Assembly (NCBI GenBank): GCA_000175855.1
Contig: ACYB01000022.1
Span: 30,001 to 62,000 of the forward strand
DNA: 32,000 nucleotides
Origin: Raphidiopsis brookii D9
Lineage (GTDB): Bacteria > Cyanobacteriota > Cyanobacteriia > Cyanobacteriales > Nostocaceae
Direction: 5' to 3'
Shown here: piece after piece, positions 10,108 to 25,667 of the stretch
Layout of the letters: the number at the start of each line of letters is the position of its first letter
Position numbering within the stretch: position 1 is the first letter of the stretch
Notes under the pieces: model-generated
Told to the model about the DNA's origin: nothing
The model's input: the letters and a program-made list of their open reading frames with translations, nothing else
Databases searched by the model: none
Made by a program: the position numbers and the translations under genes

Positions 10108-11922
10108 TTACGTTATTACAGCTCTTTGACTAATCCAGCTTTCTAGTGTGTTTACTAGATCCTCAATGGCAATTTCCTTAGATTCACGGGTTGCTCTTGT
10201 GACTACTTCTACCTTACCATGGGTGATGGAACGACCAGTAACTATTCTGTAGGGAATACCAATTAGGTCTGCATCTTTGAATTTTACCCCTGCTCTCTCG
10301 TTTCGGTCATCCAATAGGGTCTCTATACCGACTTTGTTCAGCTCTGTATAAATTTTTTCGGCAATCTCTACCTGCTGACTATCTTTTATATTCGGAATGC
10401 TAATAATCGCATGATAAGGAGCGATCGCCACTGGCCAAATTATCCCATCCCCATCATAAGATTGTTCTACTGCTGACTGGGCCAGTCTGGATACACCTAC
10501 ACCATAACAACCCATGACTAAGGGCTTTTCTTCTCCTTGTTCGTTGGTATAAGTTGCACCCATGGCTAGGGAATATTTTGTTCCTAGTTGGAAAATATGA
10601 CCCGCTTCTATACCCCTGGCTGTTTCTAAGGTTTGACTGGGATCGTGCACCGAGCGATCGCCTGGTTTTGCTTTCCGAATATCTACTACTAGTTCAGGTA
10701 GTTTAAACTGCTCTTGCCAGTTGGCCCCAACCAGGTGAAATCCGGATTCATTTGCCCCTGTCACAAAGTGCTTTAATTCTACCGCTGTTTGATCAATCAG
10801 ACGGATGAATTTTGGGTATAGGTATTCACGGGTAGCAATATAATCATCACTCAAATCAGGGGCAATGTAACCCAATGGTAAGCTCTTGGTTGCCCAACTG
10901 GCGATCGCTTCCTGATTAGGCACTGTCAGACTAATTACTGTTTTGGCATGGAATTGGGGAGCTAATTTGGTCAGTTCGTTTTGTAATTTGACCTCGTTAA
11001 TTTCCTGGTCTCCCCGAATGTTCACCAACACTAAAACCGTTAACCCCTGATCATAAACAGTTTGATATAAAACATTTTTCACTACTTGGGTAGGGGAACA
11101 TTTCAAGTAATCACATACTTTTTCGATGGTCTCTGTTGCTGCTGTTGGTACTTTTTCACAAGTTTTAAAATTGGATGGTTCCGCGTCAGCAGGTAAGGAA
11201 ACTGCCTTTTCCACATTTGCTGCATATTTGCCATCCTGAGTGTAGAGGACCTCATCTTCCCCAGCATCCGCTAGAACCATAAATTCTGTTGATCCAGAAC
11301 CACCAATTGCACCGGAGTCGGCTTCTACTGCTCTAAAAGCCAGACCGCAACGCCGCAATATATTACTGTAAGCTTTGTACATATCCTGGTAGGTTTTCTT
11401 TAAACTTTCCTCATCAGTATGGAAAGAATAACCATCCTTCATGATAAACTCCCTACCTCTCATCAAACCGAAGCGGGGGCGGATTTCATCTCGAAACTTA
11501 GTTTGAATTTGATATAAATGTACTGGGAGTTGGCGATAGGAACGAATCATGTCACGGCCAATGGTAGTAATCACCTCCTCATGGGTGGGACCCAAGCCTA
11601 GATGTTGTTCCCTCCTATCAATTAAGGAGAACATAATTCCTTCCGCCTTGGTGTAAGTATCCCACCTTCCTGACTCCTTCCATAACTCAGCTGGTTGTAG
11701 TTGTGGTAGTAAACATTCTTCTGCACCTGTGGCGTTCATTTCTTCCCTGATTATCTGGGAGATTTTTTGTAAAACTCGCCACATTAATGGCAAATAGGCA
11801 TAGACCCCACTGCCAATACGACGGATATAACCTGCACGCAACAATAATTTATGACTGGGAATTTCTGCATCCGCTGGATCGTCCCTAAGCGTAACAAATA
11901 ACTTCTGTGATAAGCGCATCAT
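10108..11922 (-). CDS. proS: prolyl-tRNA synthetase (track ORF extended 5' to 12012)
   Basis: [54 protein letters not shown]..., class II motifs, ProRS insertion domain, bacterial type. Confidence 0.96.
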   Translation of the reverse strand: MMRLSQKLFVTLRDDPADAEIPSHKLLLRAGYIRRIGSGVYAYLPLMWRVLQKISQIIREEMNATGAEECLLPQLQPAELWKESGRWDTYTKAEGIMFSLIDRREQHLGLGPTHEEVITTIGRDMIRSYRQLPVHLYQIQTKFRDEIRPRFGLMRGREFIMKDGYSFHTDEESLKKTYQDMYKAYSNILRRCGLAFRAVEADSGAIGGSGSTEFMVLADAGEDEVLYTQDGKYAANVEKAVSLPADAEPSNFKTCEKVPTAATETIEKVCDYLKCSPTQVVKNVLYQTVYDQGLTVLVLVNIRGDQEINEVKLQNELTKLAPQFHAKTVISLTVPNQEAIASWATKSLPLGYIAPDLSDDYIATREYLYPKFIRLIDQTAVELKHFVTGANESGFHLVGANWQEQFKLPELVVDIRKAKPGDRSVHDPSQTLETARGIEAGHIFQLGTKYSLAMGATYTNEQGEEKPLVMGCYGVGVSRLAQSAVEQSYDGDGIIWPVAIAPYHAIISIPNIKDSQQVEIAEKIYTELNKVGIETLLDDRNERAGVKFKDADLIGIPYRIVTGRSITHGKVEVVTRATRESKEIAIEDLVNTLESWISQRAVIT

Positions 11923-11950
11923 TTTTCCTTTTTTGTGGAGCCTTTTAAAA

Positions 11951-12034
11951 CGGAGAGGGGGGATTCGAACCCCCGTTGAGTTGCCCCAAAACACATTTCG
12001 AGTGTGCCGCATTCAACCACTCTGCCACCTCTCC
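11951..12034 (-). tRNA. tRNA-Ser (anticodon CGA)
   Basis: GGAGAGG acceptor pairs with CCTCTCC; anticodon arm CACA-CTCGAAA-TGTG; long variable arm; GGTTCGAATCC T-arm; discriminator G. Confidence 0.95.
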
Positions 12035-12138
12035 CCATGTTAACCTAATAAAACTTACTAAATTAACTTGAATTAACTTAACTATTGAATATCAACTTGA
12101 GCTGTAATTATAAACCATACCTGTTATTTTTGTCAAGG

Positions 12139-14478
12139 CTATAAATTAGAAGATTCGTTTTCTGACACTTGGATAAAGGCCTGAAAATTTTGCTGGGGAT
12201 CCCACTGAATGGCTCCATCTCTACCTGTAAAAAAAAGTTTCGTTTTCCCTTGTAGTATTTGATCTGAACTATTTTTATTAATCTTATTGGTAGGTGCGAT
12301 CGCCACTTGTGGTTTTAAAGCAGTTGTTAAATCTTCCAAAGACTCTGATGGGGACCATACCACTTGAGGAGATAACAGCTTGCCATCTTGTGCCAATTGA
12401 GCGATTTGTTGAGACTTAACACTGCCAATTAGTAACCAATTTTGTCCAAAAACTTGTAATTGGAGAATAGGTAGTTTATCATCATTAAAATTTGCCATCA
12501 CTGAACCCGTATTAACCGATTGACCCGATGATAAAGGTTGATAGTTAGTTTGTTCTTGTCGTAATAATTCTCTAAGTGTTTGAGTAGTTACCGGATTAAT
12601 GTGGGGGGAGGTATAATCCAAGAAGTTTTTAATGTGTAAATTATTGATAACCTCAGACCAGGAATTATTTGCATCTCCAGAAAAATTAGTAGATATTGCC
12701 CAATCAATATGATTAATTCCCTGCTGGCGAAGAAAAGGTAAAATAGTAAAACGTCCCGTGCCAGGATCACCACTATTAATGAGAGTAACTTGTCCCCGAT
12801 CTTGAATTACCAAAACAGGCTCACTATTGGTTGCCAAGAGGGTTATTTTTAATAAATTGCTGGTGTAGTACCAAATAGGAATAACTGCCAAAATGGTAGC
12901 AATCAAACCAGCCAACAACCATCTTTTTTGCCACCAAGGTACTAAACAAGTAGCAACAATTAAGCCATAGATAATCAACATTTGCCAAATTGATATACTA
13001 CCAATATTTAGGGAATTTCCCGGCAAATGATCAAAAAATTCTGCCATTTTAATTAATATATGAGCAGGATAATATAAGAAACTTGCCACATAGCCACCTA
13101 AATCTGACAGGAGTAAACTTACCAACCCACTAATCATTCCCCCAATACTAATAATAGAAATTAGAGGGGTGGCAATAATATTGAGGGGTACACTGTAAAT
13201 AGCCACAGTGCTAAAAATATGTAGCAGTAAGGGGAGAGTCCAAATTGTAGCTGCAAGAGGAACGGAAATCAAAGTAGCGAATAGGGGAGGTAACCAATCC
13301 AAGCGTTGAGTAATAGGGGTTGCAGTAACCATCAAACCCAAAGTAGCTAAAAAGCTCAATTGAAAACCTAAATCCCAAATCCACACAGGGTTAAATAATA
13401 GTAAAAGTGTAGCTGCTAAGAGCAAAGATCCGAATTGTTGAACCTTTCTGTCTAAAGCCAAACCAATTAAAGCGGCAAATCCCATAATTACTGCTCGCAG
13501 GATAGATGGTTGTAACCCAGCCAAACCCAGAAAAATTATCAACCCCAAAGCTCCGCAAAAAACTTGCACTTTTTTATTGGCGGACTTAGTTAACTGTAAA
13601 ACCACTGCCAGAATGAGAGAGGTTTGAAAACCAGAAGCAGCTAGAGCATGAGCCAAACCCACATTAACAAATAAATCTCGAATATTATAGGGTAAATCAA
13701 CCGCCTTATTACCCAGAACCATAGCACTGACTAAAGGACCTTCAGGTACACCTAAAAAACGAACTTGAGAGCGGACAATTTGTTGGCGAATTTGCCACCA
13801 TCCCCAAGGGATATCCTCATCAATCAGATTAACCTGTTTACCAATCAAACCAGCAAAACTACCCTCTTGACGGAGGTATTTTTGAAAATCAAAACCCCCG
13901 GGGTTATCAGCTGGTTTAGGTTTATATAACATTCCAGTAACAGTGATTTGTTGACCAGGATATAAACCCGTAGCTTGTAGTATAGGTACTGTTACATATA
14001 ATTTACCAGTTACCACCCTAGGTAACCCAGCGGGACCGCGATCGTTTTTCACCTCATCCAGTTGTTTGGACTGGAACCAAAATTGTCCTCGCTGACTACG
14101 AGTTAAGCGGGGGGTATGTACAACTTCACCTCGAACAACCACTAACTGGGCCTGATTAGTATTATTTTCACTGGAGATAAATGAACTAACGTCTTGAGGT
14201 CCCGGTTGAGGAGTGCGAAATTGACAATAAAAACTGGCTATTAAACCAACTAAACCAGCTATTAACCATACTCGCGGGTGAGGTAGAGTTAAGGGAGCGT
14301 TTACCCCTTTTTGTACTTGAGTAATAGATTTGATGTGATAGGGAAAAAACCTTCTCAAAGCCAGGAAAACTCTCCGAAAAGAAATTGCGGCCAGCACACC
14401 GAATCCTAAGATAAAAAATCCCCCCCAGGGAAAAATACTGAGTAGTAAACCCAAAATATAAGCAAGACAAATAATCAA
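12139..14478 (-). CDS. comEC: ComEC/Rec2 family competence DNA channel protein
   Basis: Multi-TM protein with DUF4131-like N-terminus, [19 protein letters not shown] (competence domain) and a degenerate metallo-beta-lactamase-like C-terminus; TTG start. Confidence 0.9.
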   Translation of the reverse strand: MIICLAYILGLLLSIFPWGGFFILGFGVLAAISFRRVFLALRRFFPYHIKSITQVQKGVNAPLTLPHPRVWLIAGLVGLIASFYCQFRTPQPGPQDVSSFISSENNTNQAQLVVVRGEVVHTPRLTRSQRGQFWFQSKQLDEVKNDRGPAGLPRVVTGKLYVTVPILQATGLYPGQQITVTGMLYKPKPADNPGGFDFQKYLRQEGSFAGLIGKQVNLIDEDIPWGWWQIRQQIVRSQVRFLGVPEGPLVSAMVLGNKAVDLPYNIRDLFVNVGLAHALAASGFQTSLILAVVLQLTKSANKKVQVFCGALGLIIFLGLAGLQPSILRAVIMGFAALIGLALDRKVQQFGSLLLAATLLLLFNPVWIWDLGFQLSFLATLGLMVTATPITQRLDWLPPLFATLISVPLAATIWTLPLLLHIFSTVAIYSVPLNIIATPLISIISIGGMISGLVSLLLSDLGGYVASFLYYPAHILIKMAEFFDHLPGNSLNIGSISIWQMLIIYGLIVATCLVPWWQKRWLLAGLIATILAVIPIWYYTSNLLKITLLATNSEPVLVIQDRGQVTLINSGDPGTGRFTILPFLRQQGINHIDWAISTNFSGDANNSWSEVINNLHIKNFLDYTSPHINPVTTQTLRELLRQEQTNYQPLSSGQSVNTGSVMANFNDDKLPILQLQVFGQNWLLIGSVKSQQIAQLAQDGKLLSPQVVWSPSESLEDLTTALKPQVAIAPTNKINKNSSDQILQGKTKLFFTGRDGAIQWDPQQNFQAFIQVSENESSNL

Positions 14479-15362
14479 CCTTCCCTACCTCCATTATTTT
14501 TGAGGAGGGGAAACCCCAGTTTTTGGCGTTGCTCCACATATAAATGGGCTACTTTCCTGGCTAGGTGGCGAATTCGGGCAATATATCGGGTTCGTTCTGT
14601 TACAGAAATCACGCCCCTAGCATCAAGTAAATTAAAAGTGTGGGAGCATTTAATAACATAATCCAAGGTAGGTAAAACTAAACTCTTTTCGGCAAGCTGA
14701 GATGCCTCTTGCTCATATACATGAAATAGATTGAGCAACATTTCGGGATTGGAGGCCTCAAAGTTATAGACACACTGTTCAATCTCACCTTGAAGATGAA
14801 CATCACCATAAGTAATGTGGTCTGTCCAATAAATTTTGGTAATGGCTTCTACTTGTTGGAGGTACATTGCCAACCTTTCCAGTCCATAAGTAATCTCAAT
14901 AGAAACCGGACGACAATCAATTCCCCCACATTGTTGGAAATAGGTAAACTGGGTAATTTCCATACCATCTAACCAAACTTCCCAACCGGTGCCCCAAGCA
15001 CCAACTGTTGCATCTTCCCAATTGTCCTCCACAAACCGAATATCATGATCTTCTGGAAGAATACCCAAAACCCTTAAAGAATCAAGATAAATCTCTTGAA
15101 TATTATCCGGTGAAGGTTTAATTAAAACTTGATACTGATAATAGTGTTGAAACCGATTAGGATTTTCACCATAGCGTCCATCGGTAGGACGACGACAGGG
15201 TTCAACATAAGCTACTGACCAGGGTTCAGGTCCTAAAGCCCTTAAAAAGGTATGAGGGTTTTTAGTTCCCGCACCTTTTTCCAGGTCATAGGGTTGGGCA
15301 ATTAAACAACCACGCTGTCCCCAAAATTGATGTAGAGCTGCTATTACCGACTGAAAATTCAC
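14475..15362 (-). CDS. glyQ: glycyl-tRNA synthetase alpha subunit (GTG start at 15362 or 15374; track ORF over-extended to 15668)
   Basis: [48 protein letters not shown]...[30 protein letters not shown]. Confidence 0.95.
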   Translation of the reverse strand: MNFQSVIAALHQFWGQRGCLIAQPYDLEKGAGTKNPHTFLRALGPEPWSVAYVEPCRRPTDGRYGENPNRFQHYYQYQVLIKPSPDNIQEIYLDSLRVLGILPEDHDIRFVEDNWEDATVGAWGTGWEVWLDGMEITQFTYFQQCGGIDCRPVSIEITYGLERLAMYLQQVEAITKIYWTDHITYGDVHLQGEIEQCVYNFEASNPEMLLNLFHVYEQEASQLAEKSLVLPTLDYVIKCSHTFNLLDARGVISVTERTRYIARIRHLARKVAHLYVEQRQKLGFPLLKNNGGREG

Positions 15363-15631
15363 TGTAACCTCCACGCCTAAATTTTTTAGCTTGACCAAAG
15401 GAGTCTTAGCACCTGTAAACCCATAAGTGTAACTATCTTGTGATTTGGGTGGTGACTGCCAAACTATTATTGCCCAAAGACAGTATTCTAGGGAAGTTTC
15501 AGCCCCTAAGATTTTGGCAAAAAACTTTTTTGAAAAAAAGTGGAAAAAGTAGTTGACATTCTCAAAGAGGTTCGCTATATTAAGTAAGTGGCTGAGAGAG
15601 ACGCAAGAAACAGCGACTCCCAAGCACACCC

Positions 15632-15661
15632 GAACCTTGAAAACAATATAGTTTGAAAGAC
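15632..15661 (+). promoter_or_regulatory. pre-16S leader: boxA-like element and 5' strand of the 16S processing stem
   Basis: GAACCTTGAAAAC at 15632-15644 is repeated exactly in the ITS. AGTTTGAAAGAC at 15650-15661 is the exact complement of ITS GTCTTTCAAACT. Confidence 0.65.
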
Positions 15662-15742
15662 AGTACAAAGCAATCTACTCGTCAAGAAAATAATAACAGA
15701 CTGAGGTAATCAGTCAAAGAAAGAGCTAAAAACAAACTTAAC

Positions 15743-17230
<1,488 letters not shown>

Positions 17231-17349
17231 TAGGGAGACCTACCCATTGAAGAATCGAAAGCGGAAAGCGAATAGAGAATCAAATGGTCTACTCTAGGTC
17301 GGTGACGTGAGATTGTGAAGTCTTTCAAACTAATATTTGGTTCGCGAGA

Positions 17350-17423
<74 letters not shown>

Positions 17424-17429
17424 CCTGAT

Positions 17430-17502
17430 GGGGGTTTAGCTCAGTTGGTAGAGCGCCTGCTTTGCAAGCAGGATGTCAGCGGTTCGAGTCCGCTAACCTC
17501 CA
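17430..17502 (+). tRNA. tRNA-Ala (anticodon TGC)
   Basis: GGGGGTTTAGCTC...CTGCTTTGCAAGCAG...AACCTCCA. Confidence 0.97.
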
Positions 17503-17540
17503 CATTGGGTATCTTCAGCAACTAGGAAAGACCTAGACTG

Positions 17541-17571
17541 CTGGTGATAAACCAGCCAGAACCTTGAAAAC
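17541..17571 (+). promoter_or_regulatory. ITS hairpin followed by a boxA-like element
   Basis: CTGGTGATAAACCAG hairpin at 17541-17555, then GAACCTTGAAAAC at 17559-17571. Confidence 0.65.
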
Positions 17572-17601
17572 TGCATATAGAAAGATAAGAGTAAGAGTAA
17601 G

Positions 17602-20422
<2,821 letters not shown>

Positions 20423-20503
20423 AGAAATTGAATTTACTCTTATCGAAATATATGCAGTCTTCAGGGTTTTGAAGTGGAAACTTTGAAACCGAGAGGTTTT
20501 CCT

Positions 20504-20618
20504 GGTGTCTATGGTGCGGTGGAACCACACTGATACCTTCCCGAACTCAGAGGTGAAACGCTGTTGCGGCGACGATAGTATGGGGGTTGCCCTATGTCAA
20601 AATAGCTCGATGCCAGGT
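20504..20618 (+). rRNA. 5S ribosomal RNA (boundaries approximate)
   Basis: CCTGGTG...GAACCACACTGATACCTTCCCGAACTCAGAGGTGAAACG...GATGCCAGG. Confidence 0.94.
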
Positions 20619-20778
20619 TTATTATTACACAATCGCTCACTCCATTTATTATGGGGTGGGCGGTTTGGTTTTGCATCCCCACGAAATAGGGTGGATTGGC
20701 GCTAAAATTGCTATATAATTTACACAGCAGGAGGATGAAAAACTAGGATCCGGAATTTTCTAAGGATAAGCAACAACA

Positions 20779-22329
20779 ATGACGCAAGCACAACCATCTA
20801 TTGCCGAATACTACCACGAACAGACAAAATATGATCCGGCGACCCTACGACAAAAAAGCCAATATTTAGATTGGAATAAACAACCAGTCCCCTTCAAAGA
20901 GTACAAAATAGGATCCGACTTTGAATTAAAGTACTATCTGAACAAGAAACTGGAGGATTTTAGCAACAATTCTTCACAGCAATGGTGGTGGAGACTATCA
21001 GAGTTATTGTTTTGTAGTTATGGGTTAACAGCGAAAATCCCTTCTATGGGTAGTACAGTATACCTACGTTCCGCACCAAGTGCGGGAGGATTGTATCCTG
21101 CAGAATTATATGTAGTTTCCCGTGGGTTACCCTTACTACCCGCAGGACTTTATAACTATCAATGTCGGACACATTCCCTAAAACAATTTTGGGACAGCGA
21201 TGTTTGGGAGAAGTTGCAAGCTGCTTGTTTTTGCCATTCTGGTTTAGAAAATAGCCAACTTGCAATAATCACAACAGCTGTTTTTTATCGTTCCGCATGG
21301 CGTTACCAAGATAGGGCTTATCGGCGTATTTTTTTGGATACAGGACATCTTTTAGGTAACATTGAATTGGCGGCGGCAATGACGAATTATAGACCCTATT
21401 TAATAGGGGGTTTTATGGATGAAGGAGTTAATAATTTATTGTATGTTGATTCTCGCCAAGAAGCAGCAACAGTAGTCATAGGACTATTAGATTTATTAAA
21501 GGAACCAAAACAATTTCCTTCAGAAAAAACTGCCCTTCCATCTTTGACTACCAGGAATTATCCTCCTATTCCCGACGGAGAAATATTAAATTATTTGCAT
21601 TTACATACTCAGATTAAGTCAGATTTTCAAGCTGAGAACCCAGAAGGTAAAACTACCATCAGCAATTATCAAAACAAGGATAACAATTTAGATGATAAAT
21701 ATAATTTTTCCTTTTGTGATAAATTTTCCACACACAGTCCATCAATTAATTGGGGCAAAAATTTGGGAGATCTAGCTGAAACAATGTATAAAAGACGTTC
21801 TACCCGATCTTATAGTGGCGAAAAGCTAGAATTCGATGAACTAAAACTTTTATTAGATTTTACCTATCAACCACAAAATTATCTGTACCAAAATTTCGAT
21901 AATTATCCCGATTATTTCGATTTAAATTTAATTGAAACATTTATCGCTGTTTCCGGAGTCCATGGATTAGAACCTGGTTGCTATTATTATGCACCAAAGG
22001 CTCAAGAATTAAGGCAAATTCGCTTCAAAAATTTTCGTAGTGAGCTACACTTTCTCTGTTTGGGACAGGAATTGGGTAGAGATGCAGCAGCTGTCATATT
22101 TCACACTGCTGATTTAAAAAAGGCAGTGGATAAGTATGGAGACCGGGCTTACCGTTATTTACATCTTGATGCAGGTCACCTAGGACAAAGACTAAATTTG
22201 GCAGCAATTCGTCTTAATTTAGGTGTTAGTGGTATTGGTGGTTTTTTTGATAATCAAGTTAATGATATTTTAGGTATTCCTATTGATGAAGCAGTCGTCT
22301 ATATTACTACGTTAGGAAGACTAAGATAA
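20779..22329 (+). CDS. SagB/ThcOx-type nitroreductase-like (FMN) oxidoreductase with duplicated domains
   Basis: N-half YLRSAPSAGGLYPAELYVV, LDTGHLLGNIELAAAMTNYRP. C-half YKRRSTRSYSGEKLEFDELKLLLDFTY, LDAGHLGQRLNLAAIRLNLGVSGIGGFFDNQVNDILG. Confidence 0.82.
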   Translation: MTQAQPSIAEYYHEQTKYDPATLRQKSQYLDWNKQPVPFKEYKIGSDFELKYYLNKKLEDFSNNSSQQWWWRLSELLFCSYGLTAKIPSMGSTVYLRSAPSAGGLYPAELYVVSRGLPLLPAGLYNYQCRTHSLKQFWDSDVWEKLQAACFCHSGLENSQLAIITTAVFYRSAWRYQDRAYRRIFLDTGHLLGNIELAAAMTNYRPYLIGGFMDEGVNNLLYVDSRQEAATVVIGLLDLLKEPKQFPSEKTALPSLTTRNYPPIPDGEILNYLHLHTQIKSDFQAENPEGKTTISNYQNKDNNLDDKYNFSFCDKFSTHSPSINWGKNLGDLAETMYKRRSTRSYSGEKLEFDELKLLLDFTYQPQNYLYQNFDNYPDYFDLNLIETFIAVSGVHGLEPGCYYYAPKAQELRQIRFKNFRSELHFLCLGQELGRDAAAVIFHTADLKKAVDKYGDRAYRYLHLDAGHLGQRLNLAAIRLNLGVSGIGGFFDNQVNDILGIPIDEAVVYITTLGRLR

Positions 22330-23834
22330 TTTGATCTGTACGCATCAGACTGCTTTTGCATCATGGCTAATTCTTCAGGAGGAATTCGATCTAACTGTGA
22401 TAGGATTAAGTTTAATCGCCCTTGAGACTGGAGTTTTTCTCGGTGACGGGCTAAAAAATCCCAATAAAGGAAGTTAAAGGGACATGCACCCTCACCAGTT
22501 CTAGCTTTGGGATTGTAGACACACCCGCTACAATAATTGCTCATTTTATTAATGTAGTTTGCTGAGGCGGCATAGGGCTTAGACGCTAATAATCCCCCAT
22601 CAGCAAACAAACCCATACCTATGACGTTAGTTTGCATAACCCAGTCGTAGGCATCAATAAAAACAGCATGAAACCAGTCCACTACAGACTGAGGTGAAGT
22701 TCCTAGAACTAGATTAAAATTGCTTAATAGCATTAACCTTTGGATGTGATGTGCATAACCAGTGCGATGTATTTGCTCTAGAGTCTGATGCAGACAGTTT
22801 AAATCTGTTATTCCTGTCCAAAACCAATGGGGTAGAGGTTGATTGTGATCAAACCAGTTACGCTGAGTATAGTTGAGGTCTCTTTTGCTTTCATACATAT
22901 ATACTCCCCGCATGTACTCACGCCAGCCTAAAATTTGTCGGATGAACCCCTCCACACTATTGAGATTTAGCTGGTGTTTGTTGTATTCTTCTTGGACAGC
23001 TTGAATTACTTCCATGGGGTGAAGTAAACCCAGGTTCAGATAAGGGGATAGGAGAGAGTGCCATAGGGTGTCTTCTCCCGTTACCATAGCATCTTGGTAA
23101 GGTCCAAAATCTGGTAGATGGGTTTCCAGGAAGTGGGATAAAACCCTGCGGGACTGGGATCGGGTCACTGCCCATTTAAAAGTGTCCACCTCCCCATAGC
23201 CATGGGGAAAGTGGTTGCGCACATGGGTAATTACCTCTTGGGTGGTAGGATCAGGAGGGAACCAAAGAGCAGAGGGAGATGCTAGGCTCTTCTTGGGTGG
23301 TTTGCGATTCTGTTTATCTAAGTTCCATTGCCCACCAACAGGTTTTCCCTCTTTCATTAGTACATTAAACCGCTTGCGCCCTTCCCGGTAAAAGTCTTCC
23401 AAAAGTAATCGTTTCCGTCCCCGGGCCCATTGGGTAAATTCTGACTCTTTCCATAAGAATAGGTTATTGGGTAACCAGTGGATAGAACAGGTTAGGTTGA
23501 GCTGATTGATAAATTGGATGAAGGGGCGATCGCCCGGTTCCATGATCCATAGTTCAGTAATATTATGGGTTTGTTGCCAGTTAGTCAGGGCACTGGAGAA
23601 CTCAGCAGCTATCTCATAGGTAACTTGCCATCCCTGCTGACCCAGTTCCCGAGCAAAATGGCGCATTGCTGACCATACCAACACCAATTTTTGACGGTGG
23701 TAGGGACGTTCCTGAGCATAGGCCATGGATTCGATGAGAATAATCGATATCTGGTGACGTTTTATGGTCAACTCTTGTAAAGCTGGGTGGTGAAAACTGA
23801 GTTGATCTCCTAAAATCCAAATTCCAATGGTCAT
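22299..23834 (-). CDS. cryptochrome/photolyase family protein, deoxyribodipyrimidine photolyase-related (Fe-S type)
   Basis: WILGDQLSFHHPAL N-terminus; C-terminal MSNYCSGCVYNPKARTGEGACPFNFLYWDFLARH Cys cluster characteristic of the Fe-S bacterial cryptochrome/photolyase group. Confidence 0.9.
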   Translation of the reverse strand: MTIGIWILGDQLSFHHPALQELTIKRHQISIILIESMAYAQERPYHRQKLVLVWSAMRHFARELGQQGWQVTYEIAAEFSSALTNWQQTHNITELWIMEPGDRPFIQFINQLNLTCSIHWLPNNLFLWKESEFTQWARGRKRLLLEDFYREGRKRFNVLMKEGKPVGGQWNLDKQNRKPPKKSLASPSALWFPPDPTTQEVITHVRNHFPHGYGEVDTFKWAVTRSQSRRVLSHFLETHLPDFGPYQDAMVTGEDTLWHSLLSPYLNLGLLHPMEVIQAVQEEYNKHQLNLNSVEGFIRQILGWREYMRGVYMYESKRDLNYTQRNWFDHNQPLPHWFWTGITDLNCLHQTLEQIHRTGYAHHIQRLMLLSNFNLVLGTSPQSVVDWFHAVFIDAYDWVMQTNVIGMGLFADGGLLASKPYAASANYINKMSNYCSGCVYNPKARTGEGACPFNFLYWDFLARHREKLQSQGRLNLILSQLDRIPPEELAMMQKQSDAYRSNYLSLPNVVI

Positions 23835-23855
23835 TTTTCAACCTGCTTTCATAAA

Positions 23856-25210
23856 TTATGAATTTATCTCCCCGCAGAATTGCTGAACAACTTTTTCTAA
23901 TCCAACGGAATGAGCAGCTTTAAATAATAGGCGATCGCCTGGTTGTACGTAGGTTTTAATAGGGAAACCAAATCACTATGGTTATGACAACGTTCGCAGG
24001 GTATCCCCTGAGCACTAGTAGCAATTATTTCTGCATCTGGACCATCAACTAAAACTAATAGACCATCCAGGTTCAATTTTCTCACTGTTTCTCCCACTTG
24101 TTGATGCAGTTTAGCAGATCTTTCCCCCAATTCTTTCATAGCACCCAAAACGGCGATTTTTCTCCTTCCAGGAGTTTGTGCTAATAGTTCTAAAGCTGCT
24201 AACATTGCTTCCGGTGCAGCATTATAGGTTTCATCTAAAATCATAATGTCCTTGGGCAACTTCCAACTTTGCGATCGCCCTTGTGGCATAGTCACGTTTA
24301 TTCCAGCTTCTAACAGTTTCCAATCCACATCTAATACTTTAGCCACTGCTAGTGCTGCTAAAAAATTACTCCCATTATGAACTCCAGTTAGGGGTAGGGG
24401 TAAAGTCATTCCCCCTACTTCTATCTTTTGATAATCCACTAACTTCCCTTGAATATCCCCCCCAGAAAACCCATAACTAATTACTTCCCCTGACCACACC
24501 TGCTTAGCAGTAGTCATTAATAGGGGATTGTCATAATTAAGAACTGCCACACTGTCATTAGGCATTTCCGCCAATAGCTCACATTTAGCTTCAGCGATCG
24601 CCTGTTCCGAACCTAGTAATTCAATATGTGCTGTTCCCACATTAGTAATTACACCTATATTCGGTTTAGCGATATGGGTTAGTTCTCCAATTTGCCCTCT
24701 CCCTCGCATAGCCATTTCTATCACAGCAAAATCATCCCCCTCAGATAATTCCAACAAGGTTTTAGGAACACCAATTTCATTATTGAAATTTCCATAGGTT
24801 TTGTGAACTTTTCCCCTTGTCCCCAATACGGACGCAATTAACTCCTTGGTTGTGGTTTTACCCACTGACCCGGTCACTCCAATTACAGGGATCCCAAACT
24901 GACCTCTCCACCATTTAGCCAATTCCTGGTATGCATTTAGAGTATTTGATACTTTTATTACAGGTAAATTAGGATAATCGTAAGTATAATCTACAATAGC
25001 AGCAACAGCACCTCGAGCGATCGCCATTTCGACAAACTGGTGTCCATCAAATTTTTCACCTCCTAGGGCTAGAAAAATTTCACCCGGTTGCAACACCCTG
25101 GTATCTGTTTGAATACCCACAATAACTTGAGAAAGGCTGGATGAAGGTATATTGAGGAGAGAAGCTGAGAGAACAGCAGCTAATTGGGACAAAGTGGCCG
25201 TAACAGTCAT
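23856..25210 (-). CDS. murF: UDP-N-acetylmuramoyl-tripeptide--D-alanyl-D-alanine ligase, C-terminus frameshifted (track ORF stops at 23897)
   Basis: GVTGSVGKTTTKELIASVL, NYNNEIG-type motif (YGNFNNEIGVPKTLL), DETYNAAPEAMLAALE. In the next frame after an A-run at 23954-23957 the sequence reads TYVQPGDRLLFKAAHSVGLEKVVQQFCGEINS*, matching the expected MurF C-terminus. Confidence 0.9.
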
Positions 25211-25293
25211 AGGGAATAGGGGTATAACCAGCAGTTAATCCCCCTTATCATACAATATTATAGATCTAGCTAGGATTTGGTATTGAGCTAAAT

Positions 25294-25431
25294 TTAATGT
25301 TCTACTGTCTTCTCGATGGTCTCAATCAGTGCCAACCCTATACTAGAGAGCAGAATTAAAGCAATTACCGAAAGTAAATAGGCATTAGTTAACATATATA
25401 GGGCCCTATCGAAGAAAATATAGGTGGTCAT
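25294..25431 (-). CDS. 45-aa single-TM hypothetical protein, absent from the track
   Basis: Hand translation MTTYIFFDRALYMLTNAYLLSVIALILLSSIGLALIETIEKTVEH*, one hydrophobic helix, short charged C-terminus. Occupies the otherwise empty gap upstream of murF on the same strand. Confidence 0.45.
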   Translation of the reverse strand: MTTYIFFDRALYMLTNAYLLSVIALILLSSIGLALIETIEKTVEH

Positions 25432-25667
25432 GGGTTAACCTTCAGAAACATTATGGGATTACTTGTGCCATGTAGTGCTACTTATGGATTCACACTCTGG
25501 TAGCCAAATTTTGCTAATAAAGTTTCCCAGTAATCATATCTTAACAAAACTTTAGCTAATTACCTCTTTTGTGAAGAAATTTATCTTTTTTTGCCAAAAT
25601 TTCTCCGTCTCTGAAGTCATAGCTTACATTTGTATCCATACATTAGATTTTCAATCGGCGTAGTAAC

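Noticed and set aside
11923-12012. 5' extension of the proS track ORF
   Set aside because: It overlaps the tRNA-Ser gene; ProRS homology starts at [16 protein letters not shown].
12588-14539. Plus-strand ORFs 12588..12773 and 14186..14539
   Set aside because: Antisense to comEC and the glyQ 3' end; no domain signal.
15363-15668. N-terminal ~100-aa extension of the glyQ track ORF
   Set aside because: GlyQ homology begins at [15 protein letters not shown]; the extension is unrelated sequence running into the rRNA leader (boxA and processing stem).
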